Shown here: positions 8,160 through 15,639 of the stretch, in pieces | Layout: each line of letters starts with the position of its first letter | How positions within the stretch are numbered: the stretch's first letter is position 1 | Virus record (IMG/VR): IMGVR_UViG_2778261537_000014 | Location: 1-21,495 of that record | Reading direction: 5' to 3' (one strand) | Length of the DNA: 21,495 nucleotides | Source of the DNA: a virus | Taxonomy: Duplodnaviria > Heunggongvirae > Uroviricota > Caudoviricetes | The notes under the pieces: model-generated | What the model was told of the DNA's origin: nothing | The model's input: only the letters and a program-made list of their open reading frames with translations | Databases searched by the model: none | Translations under genes and position numbers: made by a program

Positions 8160-8350
8160 CAAAGCGAGTCCATGATATTGAACTAAATGGACTCGAACAG
8201 TATTTAATTCTCCGTCGTCATTATTTACCACATGGCCAGGATTCCGTTGACGATATTGCCGCCGCTATATGGCTGGATAATCGTCACTGGGAATATACGG
8301 GAATAGCCGTAGCTAATGGCGTGGCTAAAGCATTTAAAGGCACTGAATGA
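7902..8350 (+). CDS. Predicted -1 programmed-frameshift fusion chaperone (E+E' / G-T analogue): slip at A_AAA_AAC (8150-8156), then -1 frame open from 8156 to TGA 8348-8350
   Basis: Read directly: the -1 frame after the slippery heptamer has 64 sense codons (LTKRVHDIELNGLEQYLILRRHYLPHGQDSVDDIAAAIWLDNRHWEYTGIAVANGVAKAFKGTE) and ends in ATGA, overlapping the tape-measure start codon at 8347. No start codon exists for this frame. Confidence 0.6.
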
Positions 8351-10314
8351 AACAGTTAGATTTTACATTAAGCCTGATTGATAAATTGTCCCGCCCGTTA
8401 AAACAGGCGCAGGGCAGCGTAACGGGCTTTGCTGAAAAATCAAAAGAAGCCTTTATGCAGATTGGCGGCGGCGTTCTGGGGCTGGCGGGCACAGGGATGG
8501 CCATTAAAGGTGCGCTGATGCCTGCCATTGAAATGTATGACGCGCTGAATGATGCGGCCGCAAAAGGGATCGATGATTCTGCGCTTAAAGCCGTTCAGCG
8601 TGATGCGCTGCGCTTCAGTACAACCTACGGCGCCAGTGCGGTGGAGTTCGTCCAGTCCACGGAAAGTATAAACGCCTCCATTGCCGGACTGACCGGGAAT
8701 GAACTGCCGAAAGTGACGAAAGTCGCCAATACCCTGGCGTTTGCGCTCAAGTCCACCGCAGTAGAAACCGCTGAGTTTATGGGGCAGATGTTCGGTAACT
8801 TTTCCGCCGATGCCAACCGGCTGGGGAAGGTTGAGTTTGCTGAACAACTGGCCGGAAAAATGGTGTTCATGCGCAAAACCTTTGGCACGGAAATGGCCGC
8901 TATCAAGGATTTGATGGAAGGGGCGCGCGGCGTGGGTACTAACTACGGCGTGGGGCTGGATGAACAGCTGGCCGTGCTGGGACAGCTACAGCGGACACTT
9001 GGCACAGAAGCCAGCAGCGCTTATGAGGGCTTTATGACAGGAGCCATTGAGGGCGGTAAAAAGCTGGGGCTGTCCTTCACGGATTCCACCGGCAAAATGC
9101 TGTCCATGCCTGAAATGCTGATCAAGTTACAGGGCAAGTATGGCAAAAGTCTGGAAGGAAATCTGAAGGCCCAGGCTGAACTGGATGCGGCATTTGGAGA
9201 CAGTTCGGCGGTGGTTAAACACCTGTACGGTAATGTGGCATTGCTTCAGCGCAATATCACCGAGCTGGGCGGTGCAGATGGCCTGAAGCGTACCCAGGAA
9301 ATGGCGCAGAAAATGGTGAAGCCGTGGGATCGCTTTGTCGCAATCCTGAAGGCTATCCAGACCGTAATCGGCCTGACGCTGATCCCGGTGCTCTATCCGG
9401 TTCTGAACCGCCTGGCTGATATGGGGCAGACTTTTGCCCGCTGGATGCAGTTGTTTCCCAACATTGCGCGTGTTGTCGGGTATGCGGCAATGGCCTTGCT
9501 CAGCTTTGCGGCTGTGGGTGCTGTCGCCAATATTGTGATGGGGGCCTCTAAATTCATCATGATGGGGTTGCGCGGGATCTGGGTGGCGCTGATGGCCGTC
9601 ACGAAAATTTACACCGCCACTGTCTGGCTGGGAAACATTGCCGTTGTTGCCTGGAACGCCACGCTGAAATTTCTGCGCGGTACGTTGCTGGCGGTTCGTA
9701 TGGCGGCAATGATGGCCGGGATAGGTATCAATCTGATGAGCTGGCCGATCCTGCTGGTGATTGGTGCCGTCGCCTTACTTGCTGCCGGTTGCTGGCTGCT
9801 GATTAAACACTGGGACACGGTAAAGAACGCGGTCATGGATACCGCTGCATTTCAGGCATGCGCCAGGGTAGTGGAATGGCTGGCCGGGGTGTTTACTTCA
9901 GCCTGGCAGTTTATCAGCGAAGGATGGAACAGTTTTATTTCCATGCTGACCGGGTTTTCTCCTTCACAGGCATTAAGCGGTCTGGCCACGGGTATTGTTT
10001 CGTTGTTTGATAATGTCTGGCTGTCCGTTAAAAACGGTTTTCTGAAGTCGTGGAACTGGATTGTTGAGAAACTGAATAAAATCCCCGGTGTGGATATATC
10101 AATGGCAAGTACCACTTCACCACCATTAACTGGAAATACGTTGTCAACGGGTGGAGAGATAAAAGGAATTGATAAGGGCGGGATAAATAAAACAATCAGC
10201 AGCAATTCTAAATCAGTCACTGATAACAGCAAAAAAATAGGGGAGGTTCATTTCCATACCAAAGAAGCGATGTCCCCTGGTCAGTTAATGGAATGGCAGG
10301 AGCTAAATGCGTGA
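8347..10314 (+). CDS. Tail tape measure protein
   Basis: 655 aa, Ala/Gly/Leu-rich with a long central hydrophobic block (for example VLYPVLNRLADMG ... WPILLVIGAVALLAAGCWLLI). Sits immediately downstream of the frameshifted chaperone pair. Confidence 0.8.
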   Translation: MKQLDFTLSLIDKLSRPLKQAQGSVTGFAEKSKEAFMQIGGGVLGLAGTGMAIKGALMPAIEMYDALNDAAAKGIDDSALKAVQRDALRFSTTYGASAVEFVQSTESINASIAGLTGNELPKVTKVANTLAFALKSTAVETAEFMGQMFGNFSADANRLGKVEFAEQLAGKMVFMRKTFGTEMAAIKDLMEGARGVGTNYGVGLDEQLAVLGQLQRTLGTEASSAYEGFMTGAIEGGKKLGLSFTDSTGKMLSMPEMLIKLQGKYGKSLEGNLKAQAELDAAFGDSSAVVKHLYGNVALLQRNITELGGADGLKRTQEMAQKMVKPWDRFVAILKAIQTVIGLTLIPVLYPVLNRLADMGQTFARWMQLFPNIARVVGYAAMALLSFAAVGAVANIVMGASKFIMMGLRGIWVALMAVTKIYTATVWLGNIAVVAWNATLKFLRGTLLAVRMAAMMAGIGINLMSWPILLVIGAVALLAAGCWLLIKHWDTVKNAVMDTAAFQACARVVEWLAGVFTSAWQFISEGWNSFISMLTGFSPSQALSGLATGIVSLFDNVWLSVKNGFLKSWNWIVEKLNKIPGVDISMASTTSPPLTGNTLSTGGEIKGIDKGGINKTISSNSKSVTDNSKKIGEVHFHTKEAMSPGQLMEWQELNA

Positions 10315-10640
10315 ATGAACCACTTTATATAGATTTGCTGATCCTGAAGGGTGATTTTGTTCTAAACACCGGATATGAACCTGAACTGTGTAATAACCGT
10401 AAAAGTATCGGGCAGGACATTATTCACGCCATTATTGAGAGCGGACTGGCAACGGAACTGATTGCTGAACGCAGCCCAACAATGCGGGCGGATATTTTTA
10501 CCCGTATGGAATTATTGATTGAAGATGATGAACGGATTATTCCGGGAACTGTAGAAATCAGTGAGAAAAGCCAGAAACGTTTATGGATAACTGCCAGCAC
10601 CTATGACTTGGGCGGAATTTCTGCGCAGGTGGATTTATGA
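10293..10640 (+). CDS. Putative baseplate wedge protein, gpW / gp25-like
   Basis: 115 aa, the same length as P2 gpW as I recall. Position immediately upstream of the baseplate J gene. Start is ambiguous: ATG 10293 (overlaps the tape-measure end) or GTG 10311 with GGAG 8 nt upstream. Confidence 0.5.
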   Translation: MAGAKCVNEPLYIDLLILKGDFVLNTGYEPELCNNRKSIGQDIIHAIIESGLATELIAERSPTMRADIFTRMELLIEDDERIIPGTVEISEKSQKRLWITASTYDLGGISAQVDL

Positions 10641-11821
10641 CGGAAAAACCGCAGGTTGATTTTGAAGAAGTGGTGAAAGCCAGCGGGTTGCCGGTGACGG
10701 AATCGGAAGTGCGCGAACGCTTCAATGCGATAGCGGCCGAGGAAGGGATCATCACTAACACATCCCGCATGTCACCGTTCTGGCGTCTGATTACGGCCAT
10801 TGTGACGGCACCAGTGATGTGGCTGAAGGATGTTCTGGTATTCACCGTGCTGGCCAATATGTTTGTGGCCACGGCCAGCGGGAGCATGTTGCGTCTGCTG
10901 GCCTGGGCGGTAAACGTCACGGCAAAGCCCGCCAGTGCTGCTCAGGGGGTGATCAGGTTCTTTAAAGAAGATGCCAGAGCCGTGGTGACGGTGAAGACCG
11001 GAACGGTTATCCAGACTGAACGCATCAACGGCCGGGTGTATGAGCTGGCGACCACTGACGATGTGGTGATCCCATCCGGCACTGCCAGTGCATTGCTGCC
11101 GGTGAAAGCCACCGGAACCGGGGGAGCCTATAACCTTGCACCAGGGTATTACCGCATTCTGCCGGTGGCCGTGGATGGTATCAGCCATGTGGCCAGTGAG
11201 GAAAACTGGCTGACAGTGCCGGGTGCCGATGAAGAAAGTGATGATGAACTGCGTGAACGCTGCCGCAACCAGTTCAACCTGGTGGGCAATTACCACACGG
11301 ATGCGGTTTACCGTTCAATGATTGCTGGTGTTGCCGGGCTGAGTATCGACCGGATTTTCTTTGAGCATGAAGCGCCGAGGGGACCGGGTACAGCAAACGC
11401 CTATTTATTGCTGGACAGCGGGGTGGCTTCCGCGCCGTTTGTGAATGCGGTGAATGACTACATCAACACGCAGGGGCATCACGGCCACGGTGACGATATG
11501 CAGTGTTACGCCATGCCGGAAACCCTTCACGATCTGGCCGTGACGGTGTACGTCAGAAATCTGACCAACCTGACAGACGACGAACAGAACAACCTGAAGA
11601 ACGGGATTGAAAACCTGATCCGCTGTGCTTTTCGTGAGAATGCAGATTTTGACGTCAGAAAGACGTGGCCATATTCGCGTTTCTCGTTTTCTCAACTGGG
11701 GCGCGAGATCCACAAAACCTTTTCGCTGGCAGATTCACTGTTCTTTTCTCTGGGTGACATTACCAGTGAGCTGAATGTGCCGCGCCTGAAATCACTGGTA
11801 GTGAGTCTTGAGAATGAATGA
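10637..11821 (+). CDS. Baseplate assembly protein J (Baseplate_J family)
   Basis: 394 aa. ATGA overlap with the upstream gene. Central region (VVTVKTGTVIQTERINGRVYELATTDDVVIPSGTASALLPVKATGTGGAYNLAPG) is typical of baseplate J proteins. Followed by a gpI-like gene. Confidence 0.75.
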   Translation: MTEKPQVDFEEVVKASGLPVTESEVRERFNAIAAEEGIITNTSRMSPFWRLITAIVTAPVMWLKDVLVFTVLANMFVATASGSMLRLLAWAVNVTAKPASAAQGVIRFFKEDARAVVTVKTGTVIQTERINGRVYELATTDDVVIPSGTASALLPVKATGTGGAYNLAPGYYRILPVAVDGISHVASEENWLTVPGADEESDDELRERCRNQFNLVGNYHTDAVYRSMIAGVAGLSIDRIFFEHEAPRGPGTANAYLLLDSGVASAPFVNAVNDYINTQGHHGHGDDMQCYAMPETLHDLAVTVYVRNLTNLTDDEQNNLKNGIENLIRCAFRENADFDVRKTWPYSRFSFSQLGREIHKTFSLADSLFFSLGDITSELNVPRLKSLVVSLENE

Positions 11822-12401
11822 GTTCATGAAAAAGCTGACCGGGATGGTGCTTCCTTCCTGGATGAATCGGGGAGAGCCGAACAAGCTGCTGAAAACAGCC
11901 CGGCGATTCTGGGCGGAGGTTTACGGCTGGATAACATGGCCGATGAATCAGTTTGATCCGCTGACCTGCACCCCGGCATTGCTGAACCTGCTGGCCTATG
12001 ACCGAGATATTACCCGTTTTGACGGGGAGCCATTGAGCCTGTTCCGCAAGCGCGTGGCGTACGCCTTTATTAATGCGCGTGATGCCGGTTCGGTTGAGGG
12101 ATTTATCAATATCTTTGAACGGTTGGGCATTGGATATGTGGAACTGCTGGAGCGCCAGCCGGGGATCGACTGGGACGTGATTCAGGTACGTGTCACTGAT
12201 AGCCAGGTTTCGGACAACACGCAACTGATGATTCAGATTATCCGTAAGTACGGGCGAACATGCCGCCGTTATCAGTTTGAAGTGATTACATCAGAGAGCC
12301 TGGCAATTCGGGCGGGATGGGATCAGGGGGAATATGTGGTTTATCCGGCATCATTAAGCGGTACGGAAACACCCAGCGCGACATTCAGCGCGGGTTTGTA
12401 A
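11814..12401 (+). CDS. Tail protein I, gpI-like
   Basis: Motif DPLTCTPALLNLLAYDRDITRFD resembles the P2 gpI NPDTCPAALLPWLAWALSVDRWD-type signature. ATG 11814 overlaps the J stop (ATGAATGA); the ORF track used TTG 11808. Confidence 0.8.
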   Translation: MNEFMKKLTGMVLPSWMNRGEPNKLLKTARRFWAEVYGWITWPMNQFDPLTCTPALLNLLAYDRDITRFDGEPLSLFRKRVAYAFINARDAGSVEGFINIFERLGIGYVELLERQPGIDWDVIQVRVTDSQVSDNTQLMIQIIRKYGRTCRRYQFEVITSESLAIRAGWDQGEYVVYPASLSGTETPSATFSAGL

Positions 12402-12411
12402 GGAGTTTTAT

Positions 12412-13959
12412 ATGTCACAGACAACGATAACGCTGGCGTTTGAGCAGTGGAAAGCGAAACAGGGTACTACGGGTGAGCCTGTTCTATTGGATGAATTTGT
12501 TTTTGCCAGTGTGCCGGGGCTAGACCCTGATGCGCCCATTGATCGGGCTGAGGTGTTGCCGCCTGAATCGCAGATTGTTCATCGCCAGGCAGTCAGCCGC
12601 AAAGGCGTTGTAAATAACAACGCCGTGGTGCATTCCGCTGTTCTGGGCGCTGATGTGGGCGATTTTTCGTTTAACTGGATTGGGTTGGTTAACAAGGCCA
12701 GCGGCACACTGGCAATGATTGTTCATGCGCCGGTACAACAGAAGCTGAAAACAAAAGAAGGGCAGCAAGGTAACGTTCTGACCCGTTCTTTTTTGATGGA
12801 ATACAACGGCGCACAGGCTGAAACCGGAATTAATACACCGGCTGAAACCTGGCAGATTGATTTCACGGCGCGTATGGCCGGAATGGATGAGCGCCAGCGC
12901 CTGGAAAATGTTGATATTTACGGCGCAGCGGCATTCTTTGGGGACGGTTATCTGGTCGGGAAAACGGGTAATCAGTTTTTCGTCACCAAAGGCACCGGAT
13001 ATGTGGCGGGGCTGCGTTCTTCACTGGTTGCAAATCAGGATATTACCGTGACAACTAAGCCTGTAAAAGTCTGGCTGGATGTGTGCTGGACTGGGACGTT
13101 GACTGGTGTCTGGAATGCGCAGAGCAAAATTACTGTAGCGGAAAAACTGACTGATTATGTGCTGGGTGGGGTGCAACATTATGTTTTTGCGCTCGCCAGT
13201 ATTGATTCAGATGGCAATATCACGGATTTACGCCCAAAGGGTACGCTGAATGAACAACAGGCTACTGATGCGCTTAAAAGGCATGAGCAATCCCGGAATC
13301 ACCCCGATGCTTCAATCACAGAAAAGGGGTTTGTACAGTTAAGCAGTGCAACGGATAGCAATTCCGAAAAACTGGCCGCAACGCCCGCTGCGGTTAAGCA
13401 GGTTAACGAGAACGCCAATAAAAGACAGCTGGCGAATCCTCTGTTAACTGCACTTGCCAATCTTGCCACGCAAAAGAACATGTTTCCGTGGTTTACCGGG
13501 GAAAATACCGTTGCTACCAGTGCACTGACTGAATTTGCCCGTGAATTGCTTAGTAAAGGTGATGTGGCATCGGTTCTCAGGCATCTGAAACTGGGGAACG
13601 CCGCTACAAAAGATGTTGGTGTTCTGCCCGGGCAGGTGTTACCCGCGACAGCGTTTACTGCGCATTTGTCTGGATCGGGAATGTGTAAATTCCCGGTTCA
13701 GGCAACATCCGGAGCGTTTATTAATCTGATTTTTATGTGGGGCGTTACCAGTACCCCACCTGGTTCTTCTGCTGGTTACAATTTCCACACGGCTTTTCCC
13801 TATGCCTGTCTGATGGCTATGGGGTGTCGCGGGGCGGATGGTACGAATGCCAGTATGAATGTCAGGGCGCATAACAACACAACAATGATTATTCAGAACT
13901 GGGCACCAGTGGGGTCCGGTTACTGGGAAGACTGCATTTGGTTTGCAATTGGTTACTGA
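12412..13959 (+). CDS. Tail fiber protein, gpH-like
   Basis: 515 aa. Perfect SD AAGGAG. Internal block HEQSRNHPDASITEKGFVQLSSATDSNSEKLAATPAAVK closely matches the P2 gpH repeat HEQSRRHPDASLTAKGFTQLSSATNSTSETLAATPKAVK. Divergent C-terminal domain. Confidence 0.85.
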   Translation: MSQTTITLAFEQWKAKQGTTGEPVLLDEFVFASVPGLDPDAPIDRAEVLPPESQIVHRQAVSRKGVVNNNAVVHSAVLGADVGDFSFNWIGLVNKASGTLAMIVHAPVQQKLKTKEGQQGNVLTRSFLMEYNGAQAETGINTPAETWQIDFTARMAGMDERQRLENVDIYGAAAFFGDGYLVGKTGNQFFVTKGTGYVAGLRSSLVANQDITVTTKPVKVWLDVCWTGTLTGVWNAQSKITVAEKLTDYVLGGVQHYVFALASIDSDGNITDLRPKGTLNEQQATDALKRHEQSRNHPDASITEKGFVQLSSATDSNSEKLAATPAAVKQVNENANKRQLANPLLTALANLATQKNMFPWFTGENTVATSALTEFARELLSKGDVASVLRHLKLGNAATKDVGVLPGQVLPATAFTAHLSGSGMCKFPVQATSGAFINLIFMWGVTSTPPGSSAGYNFHTAFPYACLMAMGCRGADGTNASMNVRAHNNTTMIIQNWAPVGSGYWEDCIWFAIGY

Positions 13960-13960
13960 G

Positions 13961-14407
13961 ATGATGATGACTGACAAATACCGTTTTTCCGGCAATATTT
14001 TTTACCCATATTCCAGTAAAGCTGATTTTGATGCTGCCGGAACATGGCCAAAATCCGGCGTGGATGTGGATCTGACTACTTATCTGACTTTTATTCAGCC
14101 ACCTCCGTTTGGAAAGTTGCTTGGTACCGACAAAAAAGGCGCGCCATGCTGGATTGATATTCCGCCATTAACGCGCGAACAATTGATCACCCAGGCTAAG
14201 TATGAGAAAAGCCGCCGCCTGGATGAAATTAATATGTTCATCAATGACAGGCAGTGGCTGGGTAAGGCGGTGCTGGGCCGTCTTACTGACGACGAAAAAG
14301 AACTGTATGGGAAAGCCCTGGATTACCTTGATGAACTTAGCGCCTTGGATCCGCAAGATATGCCAGACAACTGGCCGGAATTTGAGGGATTTACCAATGT
14401 GGCGTGA
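13961..14407 (+). CDS. Tail fiber assembly chaperone, gpG / Tfa-like
   Basis: About 148 aa, immediately downstream of the tail fiber gene. Start is at the ATGATGATG run just after the fiber stop. Confidence 0.65.
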   Translation: MMMTDKYRFSGNIFYPYSSKADFDAAGTWPKSGVDVDLTTYLTFIQPPPFGKLLGTDKKGAPCWIDIPPLTREQLITQAKYEKSRRLDEINMFINDRQWLGKAVLGRLTDDEKELYGKALDYLDELSALDPQDMPDNWPEFEGFTNVA

Positions 14408-15122
14408 AGCACGTCTGGCCTTCACTGACTCACTGACAGCACTGAATTGTTCGGTCGTTCCGGCGCATCCGTGGATAAACGGACTGGGGCAACAAACGGA
14501 TAATGGGGCATATCTCAGTCCGGTTAATGCTGTCCGCTATCTTGCTGAAAGGCTTGCCGGAACGGGGGGGAATACCGATGTGATGATCATGATGGTGACT
14601 GGTCAGACGCATGAAAACTTTATTACCCGCCTCAACGGTCTGGTAGATGTTTTTCCGGCACCGGCTTTCACTCAGGTCAAGCGCCTGGCGCAATCCGCCG
14701 CGGCGCTGGCCATCGAAAAAATGCAGATCCCTGCGAAAACTGGGGCAGGGTTACCGGTTGCCATTCCTCTGTCGGTGCCAACCACCAGGGCGGCATTGTC
14801 AGCTGCGGCTGTCAGCCAGGCACAAAAAGCGGCCAGCGCAGGTTTCAGCCTGGGCGGGTTAAAGCAGCAACTGGGGGAATTCACGCAGCTGCGTGAAAAA
14901 CTTATCGGTGATGTGGCCAGCGGGCTGGACGATTTACAGGGAAAAAGCGCCAGAGCCTGGGTGTTTACGAGCAACGGCAACACAGCCACCACGCTGCTGG
15001 AGCTGGTAAAAGATATTCCGCAGCCATCAGCCGTTTATGCAGCGGCAGTGATGCTGGTTGGTGACAATCTGGATGGAATAAAGGGAATGATTCATGACTT
15101 CGATCCCAATACTGGCGCTTAA
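14397..15122 (+). CDS. Hypothetical protein (241 aa), function unknown
   Basis: ATG at 14397 with SD GAGGGA 8 nt upstream, overlapping the Tfa-like stop. Ala/Leu/Gly-rich; no motif recognised. The ORF-track start at 14202 is rejected as an upstream extension. Confidence 0.5.
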   Translation: MWREARLAFTDSLTALNCSVVPAHPWINGLGQQTDNGAYLSPVNAVRYLAERLAGTGGNTDVMIMMVTGQTHENFITRLNGLVDVFPAPAFTQVKRLAQSAAALAIEKMQIPAKTGAGLPVAIPLSVPTTRAALSAAAVSQAQKAASAGFSLGGLKQQLGEFTQLREKLIGDVASGLDDLQGKSARAWVFTSNGNTATTLLELVKDIPQPSAVYAAAVMLVGDNLDGIKGMIHDFDPNTGA

Positions 15123-15639
15123 CGGCGAGGCCATACCGCTGAAAAACATGCGTGTGACTGTATCGCAGCAGTTTCAGGATAAAGACCAGTCCGGCCAGAC
15201 AAGCGCCACAACCAAATCAGAACAGGGGGCAAAGGGGAAAGAGCTGCGTATCAGTGGCGAAATTCCGTTTAAAAGCCCGGAGATCCTGAAGCGTATTTTT
15301 GAACTGGCCAGCGCCACGGATGCCGGAGGAAATCGCCAGAAATACCGCGTGGCGCATGAAGTGGCCAGAGCCGTGAATTTTCGCGAGGCGACATTCAGCG
15401 GGATGCTTGATGCTCCGCAGCAGGACGGGAAAATGGCCTGGCTGGTTACGTTCACCCTGGCGGAACATATCAGCGTGCAGGAAAAGCGGGAAGCCAGGGC
15501 AACAGGCAAAACGTCTGCCAAAAAACAGACTGCCGGTAATGCGGGACAATCTGGCGGCCAGAGTGCCGGAGAAGATGAAGAAAAACTGACGTGGTTTGAA
15601 AAACGGGTGCTGAAACCCGTCAATGATGCTTTGGGTTAA
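15094..15639 (+). CDS. Hypothetical protein (181 aa); possibly a gpU-like tail protein by position
   Basis: SD AAGGGA 7 nt upstream. Overlaps the upstream ORF by 29 nt. Low-complexity Gly/Ser/Gln/Ala-rich stretch near the C-terminus. No family recognised. Confidence 0.45.
   Translation: MTSIPILALNGEAIPLKNMRVTVSQQFQDKDQSGQTSATTKSEQGAKGKELRISGEIPFKSPEILKRIFELASATDAGGNRQKYRVAHEVARAVNFREATFSGMLDAPQQDGKMAWLVTFTLAEHISVQEKREARATGKTSAKKQTAGNAGQSGGQSAGEDEEKLTWFEKRVLKPVNDALG

Noticed and set aside
8440-10232. Minus-strand ORFs inside the tape measure gene (8440-8847, 8625-8906, 9393-9602, 9609-9836, 9852-10232)
   Set aside because: Antisense to a long, well-supported tape measure ORF, with low-complexity translations.
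10772-12224. Minus-strand ORFs 10772-11296, 11405-11713 and 11760-12224
   Set aside because: Antisense to the baseplate J and gpI-like genes, with no ribosome-binding sites and His/Arg/Cys-rich translations.
14202-14396. Upstream extension of the 241-aa ORF (ORF-track start at 14202)
   Set aside because: It would overlap most of the tail fiber assembly gene in another frame. The ATG at 14397 has a good SD and the typical stop/start overlap.
12412-14407. Invertible tail-fiber segment (Mu G / P1 C type) giving alternative fiber C-termini
   Set aside because: No invertase gene, no flanking inverted repeats and no oppositely oriented alternative fiber/Tfa pair. The minus-strand ORF 13639-13995 is antisense noise.
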